Source: Prochlorococcus sp. MIT 0801 | GTDB lineage: Bacteria; Cyanobacteriota; Cyanobacteriia; PCC-6307; Cyanobiaceae | Length of the DNA: 32,000 nt | NCBI RefSeq assembly: GCF_000757865.1 | Contig: NZ_CP007754.1 | Location: 840,001-872,000 of the forward strand | Direction: 5' to 3' | Part shown: positions 29,442 through 32,000 of the stretch, in pieces | Position numbering within the stretch: the first letter of the stretch is position 1 | Layout of the letters: each line of letters starts with the position of its first letter | The notes under the pieces: model-generated | What the model saw: the letters and a program-made list of their open reading frames with translations, nothing else | What the model was told of the DNA's origin: nothing | The model's database searches: none | Program-made: the position numbers and the translations under genes

Positions 29442-29786
29442 TTATTTGGGCAAGGAACCACCATGGCAATATCCAACTGCTAATGAATTTATGTCTATTT
29501 CATTTTGAGATCTATTTATATTATTTGATTTTAGATACTTTGTAGTTTTATCTATGCATGAAGAACTTGATGATGTGTACCTGACTATTGGATATATGTA
29601 TAATATCCCTGCAATTAATATCGCGGAATAAACTATATATTTTTTATTTTCATCAATGAAATTTAATGTTTCTTTTTTCTTCTTGAGATATTTAGAAAGC
29701 CAAGAATCAGGTAATCCGATTTGAACAAATAAGAGTTCAACCCACCATGGAAGTTTTGTTTGGTTTTTATCTGGTTTACTTTTCAT
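29442..29786 (-). CDS. Hypothetical membrane-anchored protein (114 aa)
   Basis: ATG ORF with two hydrophobic segments (WWVELLFVQIGL, IVYSAILIAGILYIYPIV). No motif recognised. Confidence 0.4.
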   Translation of the reverse strand: MKSKPDKNQTKLPWWVELLFVQIGLPDSWLSKYLKKKKETLNFIDENKKYIVYSAILIAGILYIYPIVRYTSSSSSCIDKTTKYLKSNNINRSQNEIDINSLAVGYCHGGSLPK

Positions 29787-29864
29787 ATTGATAGTTAGAT
29801 TAGTTAGCCCTTTAATAAAATATTTTTGGGCTATTATCGCATCGATATTGTACCAATTGAAATA

Positions 29865-29890
29865 TATACCATTTTTATAAAAATGGTATA
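29865..29890. repeat. Perfect 26-nt palindrome TATACCATTTTTA|TAAAAATGGTATA in a divergent intergenic region
   Basis: Verified base by base. The next outward pair (A/G) breaks the symmetry. Confidence 0.95.
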
Positions 29891-30010
29891 GTCGTTTACT
29901 TCTTTTATGAGTATTTACTCTTATTCTGTTATTCTTTCTAATTCTTTGAATTATCTTATTGATTTTTCGATTAAAAATAGTGTATTATTTTTGTGGATGA
30001 ATTGTATTCA

Positions 30011-30280
30011 ATGGCAAAAAGAAGACGTAAACTTAGTCCTGAATTAGAGAAAAACATTTCATTAGCTAAGAAACAAATAGAATTAATTACCGCCATAATA
30101 CATGATATAGATGAGGATGACATACAAGAAGAATATAAGTCTGCATTTTTACCAGTAATGAGTACCTATCTCTCGCTTGACCAAATGTATAAGGAAGTAG
30201 GTTTTAATGATGATACCACTAAACTTCATGAACTTTACTTAACTAATTTAACTAAATTTAAAAATGAATATGAACTCTAG
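30011..30280 (+). CDS. Hypothetical acidic protein (89 aa from the ATG; 95 aa from GTG 29993)
   Basis: ORF only. No motif recognised. Confidence 0.35.
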   Translation: MAKRRRKLSPELEKNISLAKKQIELITAIIHDIDEDDIQEEYKSAFLPVMSTYLSLDQMYKEVGFNDDTTKLHELYLTNLTKFKNEYEL

Positions 30281-30579
30281 TGTTAAATCTTTTTAATTTC
30301 CTTCAGTTATATTAGTTTGAGCATTTTTATAAGAAAAAATATTTTAAATATTTAACTTATGTTATTTATATTTAACTTAATTGAATTATAATTTCTTTAT
30401 TAATTAATAGAGCTTCTCTAAACTTGTGAATTAGATTATATTATTATTTACTATTTCTATGGCAGATAACTCATACGATATTGATTTTGCGATGAATGTG
30501 ATCAAAGAAGATATCATTAGAGAACTTTCTGAGTGTGTATCTAAGCAAAATAAAAATTCTTACTATCACCATACTTCAT

Positions 30580-30882
30580 CTAAGAACCTTTCTTTTTCCG
30601 ATAAGACTTTGGATTAGTTTTTTCAATTATTCTTTTAATTTCACTTTCATCCAACCTTGTAACGAGAAAGACCTCTTGTACAAGTTTACCTTTCCTGGCT
30701 AGGAGCTTGTAACCTTCTTTTGTTTTAACAGTAACTTTTATATCAAGTTTCTCTCCTCTTCCATTAGTCTTTGATAGCGAGGCAGGTGTAACTGTTTTTA
30801 TCTCGTCGATTGATGCAATCTTTTTCAACCACTTAATTAAGCCTTCTATATTTGTGCTGTGGTTTTGAACAAGTCTTCCCAT
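30580..30882 (-). CDS. Conserved cyanobacterial hypothetical protein (DUF2103-like)
   Basis: From memory, HSTNIEGLIKWLKKIA....IKTVTP......NGRGEKLDIKV.V.TKEGYKLLARKG..VQEVFLVT resembles the DUF2103 family. Confidence 0.5.
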   Translation of the reverse strand: MGRLVQNHSTNIEGLIKWLKKIASIDEIKTVTPASLSKTNGRGEKLDIKVTVKTKEGYKLLARKGKLVQEVFLVTRLDESEIKRIIEKTNPKSYRKKKGS

Positions 30883-30959
30883 TTTTTGATATCTTATGTC
30901 GAATTTCTTAATTCATTTAAATTTCTCTGGGGTAAAGTACTCTAACCTTTCTGATAAGT

Positions 30960-30965
30960 TATAAT
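30960..30965 (+). promoter_or_regulatory. Candidate -10 box (TATAAT) for petN
   Basis: Exact TATAAT 20 nt upstream of the petN ATG. No clear -35 element. Confidence 0.3.
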
Positions 30966-30985
30966 TTAAAAAAATAATCTTAGTC

Positions 30986-31087
30986 ATGATCTTTACTTTG
31001 GGATGGGCTTCATTAGCTGCGATTTTCACTTTTTCTATAGCAATGGTTGTTTGGGGCAGAAACGGTGATGGTTCTATTGATATATAG
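30986..31087 (+). CDS. petN: Cytochrome b6-f complex subunit 8 (PetN), 33 aa
   Basis: The hand translation [33 protein letters not shown] carries the PetN hallmark ...[12 protein letters not shown]. Absent from the ORF track because it is too short. Confidence 0.85.
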   Translation: MIFTLGWASLAAIFTFSIAMVVWGRNGDGSIDI

Positions 31088-31095
31088 GCATAATT

Positions 31096-31221
31096 ATGAC
31101 TATAGACTTTAATCTCTATAGTTTTCTATCATTTACCTCTATTGCTCTGTTGTCTTTTATCACTATAGGTGTGATATATATTAGTTATATTGACTGGAAA
31201 GATAAAAGAAGAAAAAAATGA
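31096..31221 (+). CDS. Candidate 41-aa single-TM peptide immediately downstream of petN (MTIDFNLYSFLSFTSIALLSFITIGVIYISYIDWKDKRRKK)
   Basis: Translated by hand. The ATG is 8 nt after the petN stop. One TM segment followed by a basic tail (positive-inside). Confidence 0.35.
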   Translation: MTIDFNLYSFLSFTSIALLSFITIGVIYISYIDWKDKRRKK

Positions 31222-31230
31222 TATCTAATC

Positions 31231-31890
31231 TTATTTGGTTTTTATGTTTAATGCGATAATTTCTAAAGCTTGTTTCATCTTTTCAATATTAGACTTATAC
31301 ATACTTATATCTTTCTCAACCCTTGAATATTGGTAGCCCAGCGACTTCGATATTTCATTTATTTCTTTATTAATCTCTTCTTCTTTTACATCCTTAAATA
31401 ACGCCATTTCTCTGACCAACTTATATATACCGATAGCATTTATACGACTATAGTAGTCATATTCTTTTTTATCGCTGGTCATTTTTGCTAGAAAATCATT
31501 TAAATCTTCTTTTGTAAATGATTTCGCCTTGCTAACTAATTGTTCTGAGGAGTTATTTATCTCCGTAGGATTAAAACCATTGCAATTACAGATTGCGTCG
31601 AATAGCTTTGTAATATGTTCTCTAGGTTTATACCCACTTGTGAATTTACTAAATACTTCTTTTAAGCCTGTAGAAAAAATTGAATCTTTCTTAAAGTTTT
31701 TCTGATGACTCAACAGGTGAAGTTCTACTAGCAGCTCATCTGCAAGCTTTCTATAAATCGCTGGTATGACATAAGGAAATTCCTTATGGAAATCAGATTT
31801 GCTGTCTGAAATTGTTGCTCTAACGCTCAATGCCAAACCTAGATAATTCTTAAGAGACCTTAGCTTATCCCGCGACTTAGCTAGGATCAT
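31231..31890 (-). CDS. thf1: Thylakoid formation protein Thf1 / Psb29
   Basis: [34 protein letters not shown] matches the Thf1 N-terminal signature (SDTK..F......P....YRR...ELLVE.HLL). The true start may be an internal TTG about 18-20 codons downstream. Confidence 0.85.
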   Translation of the reverse strand: MILAKSRDKLRSLKNYLGLALSVRATISDSKSDFHKEFPYVIPAIYRKLADELLVELHLLSHQKNFKKDSIFSTGLKEVFSKFTSGYKPREHITKLFDAICNCNGFNPTEINNSSEQLVSKAKSFTKEDLNDFLAKMTSDKKEYDYYSRINAIGIYKLVREMALFKDVKEEEINKEINEISKSLGYQYSRVEKDISMYKSNIEKMKQALEIIALNIKTK

Positions 31891-32000
31891 GAAAACCGAC
31901 CATTATTATCGTTCAATGATTCCAATAGTTATTGAAGAATCTGGAAGAGGAGAAAGAGCCTTTGATATTTATTCAAGGCTTTTAAGAGAAAGAATAGTTT
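31889..32000 (+). CDS. clpP: ATP-dependent Clp protease proteolytic subunit, 5' fragment (runs off the window)
   Basis: [28 protein letters not shown] is the canonical ClpP N-terminus. The start may be the ATG at 31889 or at 31916. Confidence 0.85.
   Translation, partial: MKTDHYYRSMIPIVIEESGRGERAFDIYSRLLRERIV

Noticed and set aside
30348-30379. Exact 12-nt direct repeat ATATTTAACTTA occurring twice with a 20-nt period
   Set aside because: There are only two copies, in extremely AT-rich intergenic DNA. Chance or local slippage is sufficient to explain it, and there is no associated structure.
30459-30617. 52-aa plus-strand ORF (MADNSYDIDFAMNVIKEDI...) overlapping the 3' end of the DUF2103-like gene by about 38 nt
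   Set aside because: It is short, has no motif and makes a convergent overlap with a better-supported gene. It cannot be supported from the sequence alone.
31888-31891. Head-to-head overlapping start codons of thf1 and clpP (CATG)
   Set aside because: This is probably an ORF-calling artefact. Thf1 family N-termini begin just before ..SD(S/T)K.., which favours an internal TTG start. ClpP has a second, family-typical ATG at 31916 (MIPIVIEES).
1-32000. Search by eye for tRNA/rRNA genes, CRISPR repeats, IS/transposase or integrase genes, the Yfr1 core (ACTCCTCACAC) and HIP1 (GCGATCGC)
   Set aside because: None were found. The eye-scan is not exhaustive, so a covariance-model scan (tRNAscan/Infernal) would be needed to exclude small RNAs definitively.

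Overview
The window is AT-rich (about 30-35% GC by eye) and tightly packed. The gene content (petN, thf1/psb29, a PAM68-like gene, DUF3288/DUF1816/DUF3082-type cyanobacterial families) and the composition point to a marine picocyanobacterium, most likely a high-light-clade Prochlorococcus. About 40 genes are present, and nearly all are core housekeeping. They cover tryptophan and pyrimidine/arginine precursor synthesis (trpD, carA), rRNA maturation and modification (mrnC, rlmB-like, rlmH, rsmA/ksgA), translation (gatA, rpsO), replication and repair (dnaE, dnaG, ruvA, umuDC), isoprenoid synthesis (ispE), pyruvate dehydrogenase (pdhB), secretion (secDF), photosynthesis (petN, thf1) and the start of clpP. 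By eye I found no rRNA, tRNA, CRISPR array, transposase, integrase or phage gene. I do not see a convincing multi-gene novel system. The best candidates for a second look are these:
(1) An orphan HExxH protein sits directly downstream of a umuD-umuC pair, whose promoter carries LexA-box-like palindromes.
(2) A STAS-domain gene has a natural-looking N-terminus that is cut off from its ATG by an in-frame TAG.
(3) A 4 x 78-bp in-frame tandem repeat builds a long N/S/R-rich N-terminal extension on an RlmB-type methyltransferase.
(4) Several unannotated small hydrophobic ORFs are present, one of them immediately after petN.
(5) An orphan-rich, very AT-rich stretch at about 27.0-30.6 kb contains a GT39/ArnT-like glycosyltransferase and a perfect 26-nt palindrome.
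All functional calls come from motif and family recognition by eye. No searches were run.
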